Shown here: positions 37,791-46,994 of the stretch, piece after piece
How positions within the stretch are numbered: position 1 is the first letter of the stretch
How the letters are laid out: every line of letters begins with the position of its first letter
From: Patescibacteria group bacterium
Lineage (GTDB): Bacteria > Patescibacteriota > Microgenomatia > Levybacterales > UBA12049
NCBI GenBank assembly: GCA_038063415.1
Contig: JBBTVD010000003.1
Span: 8,489 to 72,488 of the forward strand
DNA length: 64,000 bases
Direction: 5' to 3'
Notes under the pieces: generated by a model
What the model was told of the DNA's origin: nothing
Databases searched by the model: none
What the model saw: only the letters and a program-made list of their open reading frames with translations
Made by a program: the position numbers and the translations under genes

Positions 37791-38165
37791 TCACTTCAAT
37801 TCTTGACCCAAATTTATATATTTTCCTGTCAACATTTTTGGTGTATTTTTTCGCAATAACGAGATAAGCTTCATGTCAATCTGACTCGATTGCCAACTTG
37901 GAGGAATGCCGATGATGCCAACATCATTTTTAGTCCCAGAAAGTGTGAGGAAATGCTTTATATTATGAGTAAGGATAATTCTCTTCTGTGAAACGGCAAT
38001 CAAGTAAACCTCCTGATCCGAAACGCCTCCTTTCCCAAGATCATGGTCAATATGTTTTACATCAAAATATTCATTAAGTCGAGGAAAGTCAGAACGAGGA
38101 GGCATATTCTCATCAAGCAAAATCTTATATTTATAAAGCTTTTTCACCATGAAGTTTGGGGACAA
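37791..38165 (-). CDS. DUF5615/PIN-like putative toxin.
   Basis: It is a 124-aa protein overlapping the upstream DUF433 gene by 35 nt. LLDENMPPR...DLGKGGVSDQEV fits the PIN-like Mut7-C/DUF5615 pattern. Confidence 0.45.
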   Translation of the reverse strand: MSPNFMVKKLYKYKILLDENMPPRSDFPRLNEYFDVKHIDHDLGKGGVSDQEVYLIAVSQKRIILTHNIKHFLTLSGTKNDVGIIGIPPSWQSSQIDMKLISLLRKNTPKMLTGKYINLGQELK

Positions 38166-38352
38166 GAAAATCGAGTGCTTCCTCGATGGCTCCTTTGAGA
38201 GTTATCAGCGTCGGAGAAGGATACATTTTATGAATTTCTTTGAGAGTATATCCATCTTTTAATCGGTAAAGAATAACATCTATTGGAATCCTTGTTCCTT
38301 TGACTACCAAATCTCCCCCCATAATTGCTGGATCAGAACGTAAGTATTTCAT
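38131..38352 (-). CDS. DUF433 family protein (putative antitoxin).
   Basis: It is a 73-aa protein. SDPAIMGGDLVVKGTRIPIDVILYRLKDGYTLKEI matches DUF433. Confidence 0.55.
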   Translation of the reverse strand: MKYLRSDPAIMGGDLVVKGTRIPIDVILYRLKDGYTLKEIHKMYPSPTLITLKGAIEEALDFLVPKLHGEKAL

Positions 38353-38404
38353 GCTATGATTTAATCACGAGATAAAAAAACTGTCAACAACTTGTAGAAA
38401 AAAA

Positions 38405-39589
38405 TTATAACTTCCCCGGATTTACTCGAATAATCTTATCATCATCGGCAGTTGGCGTACCCCTTCCATCTCTGTTGCTCGTTGTTATATATAATAGTCC
38501 ATCAGGACCAGCAATTACTTCACGAATCCTGCCAAATTCATTTACCAGATATTCCGTAACAGTAGGCTCATCTGCCTGAAAGGTTACTTTGTAGAGTGAT
38601 TTCCCCCGAAGTCCGGTAAAGTAAAGTGAACCATTAAGTGAAGTAATCCCTCCAGGAGCCCAGGTAGTTATCGCTCCAGAATTAGCAACAGGAGTAACCA
38701 TTCCAGGTCGTGTTTCATCACCTTGAATAACCGGCCAGCCATAATTATCGCCTTCTTCGATACGGTTCAGCTCATCAAACCCAGACTGAAGCCCAGATCG
38801 TCCGTGCTCCGTTGCCCACAGGTTTCCATTTGTATCCCAGGTAATTCCTTGCGCATTTCGATGCCCATACGAATAAATTTCATTGTCAAAAGGATTACCT
38901 AGCGCTGGCTCTCCAGTATCGGTAATACGAAGAATCTTGCCACCCAACGTTTTGGTATTTTGTGCTTGTGAAGGTTCTTGTGCGTCGCCGGTGGTTATAT
39001 AAAGAAATCCATCAGGGCCAAAAGCAATCCGTCCGCCATTATGATTCGGAGCACCGGGAATAGCATCAAGAATTATTGTTTCATCCTCTAGACGATTATT
39101 TTGGTAGGTCGTCCGAACAACACGATTACGAGTCTCATCTCCTGTACTATTGTATGTGTAATACAGGTAGACATATTTATTGTTCTCAAAATCAGGATGC
39201 AGCGTTATACCCAAGAGACCTCCTTCCCCAATCTCCTTGACAGAAGGAAGTGTCGCAATCATTCGAGGAGAGAAGCTCCAATCAGTCGGGATATGCCAGA
39301 CAGTCCCTTTGCGCTCAGTAACAAAAAGACTTGTATCAGGAAGAAACGTCAGCGCCCAAGGTGTATCAAGATGCTGAGCAAGAACGGTAATCCGCTCTGC
39401 TTCACTGGTAACTTCAGGAGCTTGTGTAGGGGATGCAGGGACAGTAACTTCTTTCGTAACGGATATGGTCTTTTTTTGTTGATTCACGAGAAATAAGATA
39501 CCAAGGCCAACCAAAACAACAAGCGATACAATACCTGAAATAAGGACAGTTTTTCGCATATTTCTATAATAGCATATTTGTTTGCTCAC
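38405..39589 (-). CDS. PQQ-dependent sugar dehydrogenase (soluble aldose/sorbosone dehydrogenase family).
   Basis: It has HNGGRIAFGPDGFLYITTGD, HGRSGLQSGFDELNRIEEGDNYGWP and beta-propeller repeats. An N-terminal TM anchor is present. Confidence 0.8.
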   Translation of the reverse strand: MSKQICYYRNMRKTVLISGIVSLVVLVGLGILFLVNQQKKTISVTKEVTVPASPTQAPEVTSEAERITVLAQHLDTPWALTFLPDTSLFVTERKGTVWHIPTDWSFSPRMIATLPSVKEIGEGGLLGITLHPDFENNKYVYLYYTYNSTGDETRNRVVRTTYQNNRLEDETIILDAIPGAPNHNGGRIAFGPDGFLYITTGDAQEPSQAQNTKTLGGKILRITDTGEPALGNPFDNEIYSYGHRNAQGITWDTNGNLWATEHGRSGLQSGFDELNRIEEGDNYGWPVIQGDETRPGMVTPVANSGAITTWAPGGITSLNGSLYFTGLRGKSLYKVTFQADEPTVTEYLVNEFGRIREVIAGPDGLLYITTSNRDGRGTPTADDDKIIRVNPGKL

Positions 39590-39647
39590 CTAACCTAAAA
39601 ATGTTACAATACGGCTATCCCGCAAGGCTTATAGAAACTAAATTCCT

Positions 39648-41876
39648 ATGAAACAAATTTTTATTGCAATCGCCGTTATCATCTCAATCGTTAGTCTTAT
39701 TACGCTTTCTTTTACCTTTAATCAAGTTGAGAATGAAAGACAACGTCTGCTTCTTGACCTGCAACATCGTTCCGGTATTATCGCAGAGAATTTGGCAGAA
39801 ACGCTTGCACCCAACTTCCTACAAGCATCTTCTTCTGCTATACAAACACAAGTAACAGAATTCGCAGGAGATGATGAAGAATATGCTGGACTTGCTGTCT
39901 ATGATAATAAAGGACAACTCTTGGCAGTCGCTCCTGATACCATTAAAGAGATTACCGGTACGCAACAAGTAATTGAAAATGCTATTGATACGGACACTGC
40001 ATCGGGCAATTTTCGTAAAATCGGGAGTAATAATTTTTATGTCTTTGCGATACCACTCCATGACAAACGGTTAACAGTTGGATCTCTCATGATTGTACAA
40101 AATGCCAACTATATTGACATTCGGCTTATGGATATCTGGAGAAATAGCCTTCTGAGACTCTTCATTCAGGTTTTTATTATTTCCTTGGCAACACTGCTCT
40201 TACTTCGCTGGATTGTGTATGAACCGATTCGCAAGCTCGTTGAATCACTCCAACAAGTCGGAAGTGGTAAAAAGCATAAGAAAATTCCAAACAATCCCCT
40301 CTTGCAACCAGTTATCAAAGAGTTCTCTCGTATCCAGACAAATCTTACACAGGCACGTTTGGCAGCAAGTGAAGAAGCACGCCTTCGTCTAGAAAAAGTC
40401 GATTCTCCCTGGACAGAAGAACAGCTTAAGGCTTTTGTTAAAGATATTCTCGATGACCGAAAGATTATCATCGCTTCCAATCGTGAACCGTATATCCATA
40501 CCAAGACAAATGGGAAAATCTCATATTACTTCCCAAGTGGTGGTGTGGTAACAGCCATTGATCCAATTATGCAGGCATGTGGTGGTACGTGGGTCGCACA
40601 TGGAAGTGGCGATGCTGATCGAATGGTTGTTGATAAAAACGACAGAATCGCTGTACCACCAGGGGAATCTAAATACACACTCCGTCGGGTGTGGCTCTCC
40701 AAAGAAGAAGAAGATCGGTATTACAATGGCTTTTCCAATGAAGGGCTTTGGCCACTCTGTCATATGGCACATACTCGCCCTATTTTTAGAAAAGATGACT
40801 GGGAAGAATACAAGCGAGTCAATCAAAAGTTTGCCAAAGCGATTCTCCAGGAAATTAAACGGAGCAATCGTCCGATTGTTTTGGTGCAAGACTTCCATCT
40901 AGCACTTGTTCCAGCGCTTATTAAAGCAGAGCGGCCAGATGCTACTATTGGCATTTTCTGGCATGTACCATGGCCCAATTCTGAAGCATTTAGTATCTGT
41001 CCATTCAGAAAAGAACTCCTTGATGGGATGCTTGGAGCAGACATCATTGGTTTCCATACCCAGCTACACTGCAATAATTTCATTGATACCGTTGGGAAAG
41101 AACTGGAGTCACTTATTGACCTCGAGCAATTTGCGATTACCAGAAACGGTCATACAGCGTATGTCAAACCCTTCCCCATTAGTATTGCTTTTTCTGAGGA
41201 ACACGCATACAAATCATACGATCAATCAGTACAAATTAATACCAAAGAAATTCGTAAGGAACTCAATATTCAAAGTAAATATATTGGACTAGGAGTCGAC
41301 CGTCTTGATTACACCAAGGGAATGCTAGAGCGCTTCCGGGCAATTGAAACATTTCTAGACAAGTATCCAGATTATCGAGAACAATTTACTTTTGTCCAAA
41401 TCGCTCCTTCAAGTCGTAGCTCCGTGAAAAAGTATAGAGAATTCGAAAATGAAGTACAAAAGGAAGTAACAAGGATTAACGGTAAATTCCAAACAAGAAC
41501 ATGGAAGCCAATTCTGCTGCTAAGCAAACGATACTCACATGCTGAACTCCAACATTTCTACCAGCTAGCAAATCTTTGTCTGGTAACCTCCCTTCATGAT
41601 GGGATGAATTTAGTGGCAAAAGAGTATGTCGCCGCACGCAATGATGAAAAGGGCGTTCTTATCCTTAGCCAATTTGCAGGGGCTTCACGAGAGCTGAAAG
41701 ATGCATTTATCGTTAACCCATACAATATTGAAAACATGGCTGATATTATCAAAGAATCTCTTGAAATGAATGATGAAGAACAAAGTAGACGTATGAAAAA
41801 AATGCGTACGGTCATTAAAAACTTTAATATTTATCGTTGGTCAGCAGAACTGCTCAAGACCTTGGTTAATTTGTAA
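39648..41876 (+). CDS. otsA: Trehalose-6-phosphate synthase (GT20) fused to an N-terminal TM/periplasmic-sensor/HAMP-like module.
   Basis: The C-terminal roughly 480 aa carry IIASNREPY, GGVVTAIDPIM, LVQDFHLALVP, VHDGMNLVAKEY and NPYN. The N-terminal roughly 250 aa have two hydrophobic helices flanking a region of about 150 aa. Confidence 0.8.
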   Translation: MKQIFIAIAVIISIVSLITLSFTFNQVENERQRLLLDLQHRSGIIAENLAETLAPNFLQASSSAIQTQVTEFAGDDEEYAGLAVYDNKGQLLAVAPDTIKEITGTQQVIENAIDTDTASGNFRKIGSNNFYVFAIPLHDKRLTVGSLMIVQNANYIDIRLMDIWRNSLLRLFIQVFIISLATLLLLRWIVYEPIRKLVESLQQVGSGKKHKKIPNNPLLQPVIKEFSRIQTNLTQARLAASEEARLRLEKVDSPWTEEQLKAFVKDILDDRKIIIASNREPYIHTKTNGKISYYFPSGGVVTAIDPIMQACGGTWVAHGSGDADRMVVDKNDRIAVPPGESKYTLRRVWLSKEEEDRYYNGFSNEGLWPLCHMAHTRPIFRKDDWEEYKRVNQKFAKAILQEIKRSNRPIVLVQDFHLALVPALIKAERPDATIGIFWHVPWPNSEAFSICPFRKELLDGMLGADIIGFHTQLHCNNFIDTVGKELESLIDLEQFAITRNGHTAYVKPFPISIAFSEEHAYKSYDQSVQINTKEIRKELNIQSKYIGLGVDRLDYTKGMLERFRAIETFLDKYPDYREQFTFVQIAPSSRSSVKKYREFENEVQKEVTRINGKFQTRTWKPILLLSKRYSHAELQHFYQLANLCLVTSLHDGMNLVAKEYVAARNDEKGVLILSQFAGASRELKDAFIVNPYNIENMADIIKESLEMNDEEQSRRMKKMRTVIKNFNIYRWSAELLKTLVNL

Positions 41877-41881
41877 AATTC

Positions 41882-42391
41882 ATGAAACTTGTTTCTCCCT
41901 CAGCTGTTTATAAAGAGCAATACATTACCGCACTCGCTGAGGCTACAGCTCACCAAACGCTGACGACACTGGAAAAGCTTTGGGAAAATGAAACATTTGA
42001 CCAATTTATACAACGACTTGCAGCTCAAGAAAGAGGTATTAATCTCCCCACAGACTGGGTCCCAGCAACGACCCTCTGGTTGATTGACCAGGGAGAGTTT
42101 ATTGGCCGGGTCTCGATCAGACATAGGTTAAACGAAGAGCTAGGTAAGATTAATGGACATATTGGCTACTTTATCCGTCCAAGCAAAAGACAGATGGGCT
42201 ACGGGAAAAAAATTCTGGCACTTGCCCTTCCAGAAGCAGAGAGACTTGGTTTGGCAAAGGTGCTTGTGACCTGTGATGAGGATAATATCGGCTCTCGAAA
42301 GATTATCGAAGCAAATGGGGGGGTTCTGGAAAATATTGTTGACCAAGGACATAATCTCCCACCAAAACGCCACTATTGGATTACATTGTAG
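41882..42391 (+). CDS. GNAT-family N-acetyltransferase.
   Basis: It has the acetyl-CoA binding pattern RQMGYGKKILALAL and is 169 aa. Confidence 0.7.
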   Translation: MKLVSPSAVYKEQYITALAEATAHQTLTTLEKLWENETFDQFIQRLAAQERGINLPTDWVPATTLWLIDQGEFIGRVSIRHRLNEELGKINGHIGYFIRPSKRQMGYGKKILALALPEAERLGLAKVLVTCDEDNIGSRKIIEANGGVLENIVDQGHNLPPKRHYWITL

Positions 42392-42437
42392 TGAATGCGT
42401 TTTCTCCATATCTAGGATATAATATATTTTTCTTACT

Positions 42438-43475
42438 ATGAGTTTATTATTTTTTGTAACCATTGGTCTTATCCTTGCTATCGTATTTGGCGTTCGACAT
42501 ATTGAGCGCGCTGATTAGTATATTTGGGCGATCAGTGGTCTTTTGGCAATTGGTCTCTATAGCAGTACGTATGGCATCGTGCTGAAAGAAGCCAAGCAAC
42601 ATCTCAAGATCATTCTCTCCGCAGTTACGGTTGGCGTCTTCCTCAAAGCACTTTTTATAGGAAGTATCTTAAGCTGGCTATTTCATGACCCCTTTTTCTT
42701 TTTGCTCGGCATTATGGTTGCCCAGATTGACCCACTCTCAGTTTCAAAGTTAATGCACGGTACTCGCCTCTCGGCAAAAGCCAAAACCATTCTTGCTTCC
42801 TGGGCATCATTTGATGATCCGATTACGGTGATTCTTTGCCTCTATGCCCCCATTTTATTGGCACAAATCACTGGAAGCGAATGGCTATCTCTTACTGATA
42901 TAGATAAAAATGCAAATGGAATTCAAGGATATTTGGATGTGTTTCTGTTTAACTTAGGATTTGCAGGGTTAGTATTCCTTATTTGGAAATTAAGTAAAAA
43001 ACAGCTTGCCAATAGATTGCTTCGCTCGTCACATATTGCCCTTTTAGGAGGAAGTATCGCAGTAACAGTCTCACAGCTTTGGATGTTGAGTGTTGCACTG
43101 ATCGGTTTGTTCCTTCGTCCGCCTATTGATCTCTTTATTGAAAAAGCGATCCAATGGTCACTTCGTATGGCAGCGATCCTCCTTGGAGTACTCCTCGTTA
43201 GTGGCGTTAATCTCCTCTACGGAGTAGCACTCGGTATTGCTGCCTTTACCGCACAGATTCTGGTCGGGATGCTACTTACTCGTGGCTTGGTCGGCAAAGA
43301 TCGTATCCATATAGCCTTTGCCCAACAAAATGGTATTACTGCTATTATTCTTTCGCTTCTTTTTGAACCACTTTATCCGAGAACAGTAAGCATCATCGCG
43401 CCAGCAATTCTTGTCATAAATACAATACATGCAGTAAGTAACCAGTTACTTGATCGCTTTGTACTCCAGAAGTAA
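42438..43475 (+). pseudogene. Cation:proton antiporter-like membrane protein interrupted by an in-frame TAG (42516-42518).
   Basis: ATG 42438 gives MSLLFFVTIGLILAIVFGVRHIERAD, then TAG. The same frame continues, via TTG 42543, into a 310-aa ORF with CPA-like motifs (MVAQIDPLSV, SFDDPITVIL). Confidence 0.4.
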
Positions 43476-44003
43476 CGAATGAAATAAAGGTGAGGCTTCC
43501 AGCAGTTGTGTCTCTTCTCGACACCAAAAAGAATACGTATCAGGATGCTTCTCTATTTCTTTTAACCAACTCTTCCATGAAAGCCATTTGCAGGTTTCTA
43601 CTTCCTCTGGATTTGGTATGGGCTCCTGAACCGTCACACCAGTAAGCACTGGACAGATTTCATTTTCCACAATACCGTAGAGTTCACAGGTATAGCGATA
43701 TTTTGGAAGTACCATTGTCAAGGCCACGTCAGTAATCCCCAGTTCATATTCAAGACGTCGTCGTGCTGCCGATGCGGGAGTCTCATCAAGACTAGGATGA
43801 CCACAACAGCTATTTGACCACATCAATGGCCAGGTTTTCTTCTTGTGGCTTCGTTGTTGGATAAGTAACCCTTTCTGTGGGTGAAAAATAAACGAAGAAA
43901 AAGCACGATGGAGTGGAGTCCTGTCACTATGTGCAGCATACTTCTCCATCGTACCGAGTACTTCATTTTGCTCGTTTACCAGGACGACTTCTTCACGTGC
44001 CAT
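43446..44003 (-). CDS. idi: Isopentenyl-diphosphate delta-isomerase, type 1.
   Basis: LHRAFSSFIFHPQKGLLIQQRSHKKKTWPLMWSNSCCGHP matches the IDI-1 active site (NSCCGHP). Confidence 0.85.
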   Translation of the reverse strand: MAREEVVLVNEQNEVLGTMEKYAAHSDRTPLHRAFSSFIFHPQKGLLIQQRSHKKKTWPLMWSNSCCGHPSLDETPASAARRRLEYELGITDVALTMVLPKYRYTCELYGIVENEICPVLTGVTVQEPIPNPEEVETCKWLSWKSWLKEIEKHPDTYSFWCREETQLLEASPLFHSLLLEYKAIK

Positions 44004-44033
44004 AGATAAATTGTAACATGCTACAATACTTCT

Positions 44034-45806
44034 ATGCAGTATCTTCTCTTTTTCTTACTCTTCTTCTTTTCCTTTGCCTTACCCGTGCAGGCACAATCAG
44101 CTGACGAATGGACCATTACCAACTTCCATAGCGATATTGCTATTCAGCCTGATGGCATTGTCCAAGTAACTGAAACGATTGATGTTGATTTTGATACCCT
44201 TGCGAAACGTGGCATCTATCGGGATATTCCTGTCGTGTATGAAGATGACAAAGGAGAAAAAACCTATACCAAGATTGCAGTGTCATCAATAACCCAAGAT
44301 GGAACAACTGATAAAGCAGAATATAAGGTGACTCACAACGATAATAACCTCCGTATAAGAATTGGAGATCCCGATGTAACTATTTCAGGGAAACACCAGT
44401 ATACTATTACCTACCAGGCAACAGGCGTACTTCGGTCATTTGCCGACTACGATGAACTCTATTGGAATGTCACCGGAAATGATTGGGAAGCAACCATGCA
44501 GAAAGCCTCAGCTACGGTAACTGTCCCCAAAGAAAAAATTGACAATGCCACGTGTTTTGAAGGCTATCAAGGATATACCAATCCTTGCCATATTACGAAG
44601 CAGTCACCAACGAGTGTTTCTTTTACGACTACCCGCGATCTACCACAGACACAAGGACTTACTATCGTTACGGCCTATACCAAAGGTATGGTACCGATCC
44701 TGACAGTCCCAAAACCAAAAACCATTGAGGAGGATATCGTGACACGTCCTTCAGCTATAGCTTTCCTAATAACACTCTGTGCAGCGATTATCCTCATAAT
44801 GCTCTTGTGGATGAGCAAAGGACGCGACTTTTGGTATCGAACCAGTAGTATGCTCACCTCATCCGCTAAAAGTGAACAGCGACCACTCTTTGCCCACGAG
44901 ACGAACGTTGTCGAATTTACTCCCCCTGACAAATTGCGTCCTGCCGAAATAGGCGTCCTTATGGATGAAAAAGCAGACACGCTTGATATTACTTCGACGA
45001 TTATTGATCTTGCTCATCGCGGCTTTCTCACTATTACTGAAGTACCAAAGAAATGGTTGTTTGGATCAACTGATTATATCCTGACACAAGCAAAGACAGC
45101 TGATGCCAGTTTGCTTGGCTATGAAAAACTGTTGTTGAACAAGCTTTTTGCAACCCAAAAGGTAATCAAACTATCCAGTCTCAAACAAACATTTTATGAT
45201 GATTTGGCGGCTGTCAAAAAGAAGCTGTATGAAGATATGGTCCATAAAAAACTCTTTATTGCCAATCCCGAATCTATCCGAACGAGATATATACTTTTGG
45301 GACTTGGTTTCTGTGTGTTTGGGTTTATCATTCTGATTGGAGGAATCAACTTGATCATGGGACCGATAACAACGACAGGTGCAGCTATCATTATCGGAGG
45401 GATTTTACTTCTCTTTGCCTCAAAAAATATGCCTAGACGAACGGCACTCGGACGAGAATATTATCGACGAGTAAAAGGCTATCGGCTATTTATTGACGGT
45501 GCTGAGAAGTATCGTCAACGATTTTTTGAAGATAAATCACTTTTTAATGAGATACTTCCCTATGCAATTGTTTTTGGATTGACGGGCAAATTTGCCCGCG
45601 CAATGAAAGATATGGGAGTAACACCAGCAACTCCTACCTGGTACATCGGCCATCATGCATTTGTGGCTGCTGCTTTTGCTTCAGATGTTGATAGTTTCTC
45701 AAAGTCCCTTTCGACAGCGATAGCCTCAACACCATCGAGTGGTGGTGGTTTTTCTGGTGGATCATCAGGTGGTGGGTTTGGTGGTGGTGGCGGCGGCAGT
45801 TGGTAA
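44034..45806 (+). CDS. DUF2207-family membrane protein.
   Basis: It has a signal peptide, an extracellular domain, TM segments and a C-terminal Gly-rich tail GGGFSGGSSGGGFGGGGGGSW, which is characteristic of DUF2207. Confidence 0.7.
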   Translation: MQYLLFFLLFFFSFALPVQAQSADEWTITNFHSDIAIQPDGIVQVTETIDVDFDTLAKRGIYRDIPVVYEDDKGEKTYTKIAVSSITQDGTTDKAEYKVTHNDNNLRIRIGDPDVTISGKHQYTITYQATGVLRSFADYDELYWNVTGNDWEATMQKASATVTVPKEKIDNATCFEGYQGYTNPCHITKQSPTSVSFTTTRDLPQTQGLTIVTAYTKGMVPILTVPKPKTIEEDIVTRPSAIAFLITLCAAIILIMLLWMSKGRDFWYRTSSMLTSSAKSEQRPLFAHETNVVEFTPPDKLRPAEIGVLMDEKADTLDITSTIIDLAHRGFLTITEVPKKWLFGSTDYILTQAKTADASLLGYEKLLLNKLFATQKVIKLSSLKQTFYDDLAAVKKKLYEDMVHKKLFIANPESIRTRYILLGLGFCVFGFIILIGGINLIMGPITTTGAAIIIGGILLLFASKNMPRRTALGREYYRRVKGYRLFIDGAEKYRQRFFEDKSLFNEILPYAIVFGLTGKFARAMKDMGVTPATPTWYIGHHAFVAAAFASDVDSFSKSLSTAIASTPSSGGGFSGGSSGGGFGGGGGGSW

Positions 45807-46217
45807 TAGCTCAAAAATTTCCGCCTCTTCTTTGGTAAAATCAGTATATCGCAACCATGTCGGTTCTACTTTGAAATACACTTGATGAAGATTGTTTTCA
45901 TACTTTTGAGACTCGGGTGTTTTGGTGAAGTAAATTTTTTTATAGTTTACTAATGTTTCTCCACCAAGAACACTTACTTCTCCTTCATACTGTACGGTTA
46001 TTCCTTTTTCACCACCAAAGACAATAGCCACATGCTTGTTTTGTTGTATATTCTGATATTTTCGACTTGTACTATTGGTGCCAAAGATGAGACTAAGATC
46101 CGATGCTTCAGCAAAACCCACAAATGCAGCTTCTGGATATCCCTTGCTATTGACCGTAGCAACGATCATATGCTTCTGGGTCTTTAGAAAAGCAAGGATT
46201 TTCTGATGACTATTCAT
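45765..46217 (-). CDS. Pyridoxamine 5'-phosphate oxidase-like FMN-binding split-barrel protein.
   Basis: ILAFLKTQKHMIVATVNSKGYPEAAFVGF matches the PNPOx-like N-terminal pattern. Confidence 0.65.
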   Translation of the reverse strand: MNSHQKILAFLKTQKHMIVATVNSKGYPEAAFVGFAEASDLSLIFGTNSTSRKYQNIQQNKHVAIVFGGEKGITVQYEGEVSVLGGETLVNYKKIYFTKTPESQKYENNLHQVYFKVEPTWLRYTDFTKEEAEIFELLPTAAATTTKPTT

Positions 46218-46281
46218 TTGATAAAGATACCCTACCCTCTCAGGACAGAGGGGTAAGATAAAAATATTCTACCACAAAGGA

Positions 46282-46848
46282 CTAGGCTTCGTGTGTTGCC
46301 AATTGCACGGTTGGCCTCTTGGCAAGATGTGTCGCCAGCGCATAAGCCCCGAAGAATACTCCCGTATAAAAGAGATCACCAAGAAGGGTAAACTTCAAAA
46401 ATGGTAATCCCATCAGATAGCTCTGCAGTAATCCCTCTATTCCCCGACTATATGCACCTGCTGCCCATACACCAAAATTGGTAATCAGGAAAAACTGTAA
46501 AGATGCACCAACAGTAGCTCCAAGAATAACTTCTGGACGCTTTGTTTTGCGAAGCCAAATCCCGATCAAACTGGAAAAAACAAAACTTCCCCAGACGTAG
46601 AAGGTTGTTGCATGAAACATCGCGCTAATCGGATAGATGTGACTAAAATCTGCATGCATCGTAAAAGGATTGACGTATAAAAGCAAATAATCCGAAACGA
46701 TAAGCGCAACAAGTGGCACGAAGATTGCAAACTTATTTGTGATATATTTCCCACCAAAAAGTCCCATCGCCGTAATTGGCGCGAAGTTTGGTAGATGGGG
46801 CAGAAGTCTGAGTAATACTGCCCCAATAATCATAACTATTGCTAACAT
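46282..46848 (-). CDS. Hypothetical integral membrane protein (about 5 TM helices).
   Basis: Only hydropathy supports it; no motif was recognised. Confidence 0.4.
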   Translation of the reverse strand: MLAIVMIIGAVLLRLLPHLPNFAPITAMGLFGGKYITNKFAIFVPLVALIVSDYLLLYVNPFTMHADFSHIYPISAMFHATTFYVWGSFVFSSLIGIWLRKTKRPEVILGATVGASLQFFLITNFGVWAAGAYSRGIEGLLQSYLMGLPFLKFTLLGDLFYTGVFFGAYALATHLAKRPTVQLATHEA

Positions 46849-46994
46849 AAAAAAATCACCCCCTCTCGTTTTCTGTCATTCTGAGCAAAGGTCGCCTGAA
46901 GCGACCGAAGTCGAAGAATCTTTCTCAACTAAGGTACTCTGTTGCATCAGATCCCTCGACTCCTTATAGTCGCTCGGGATGACAAGTTTTATTC

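Noticed and set aside
45740-45806. A GGTGGT-rich tandem nucleotide repeat at the DUF2207 3' end, as a possible mobile or variable repeat.
   Set aside because: It simply encodes the Gly-rich tail that is characteristic of DUF2207 proteins. It is low-complexity coding sequence, not a non-coding repeat.
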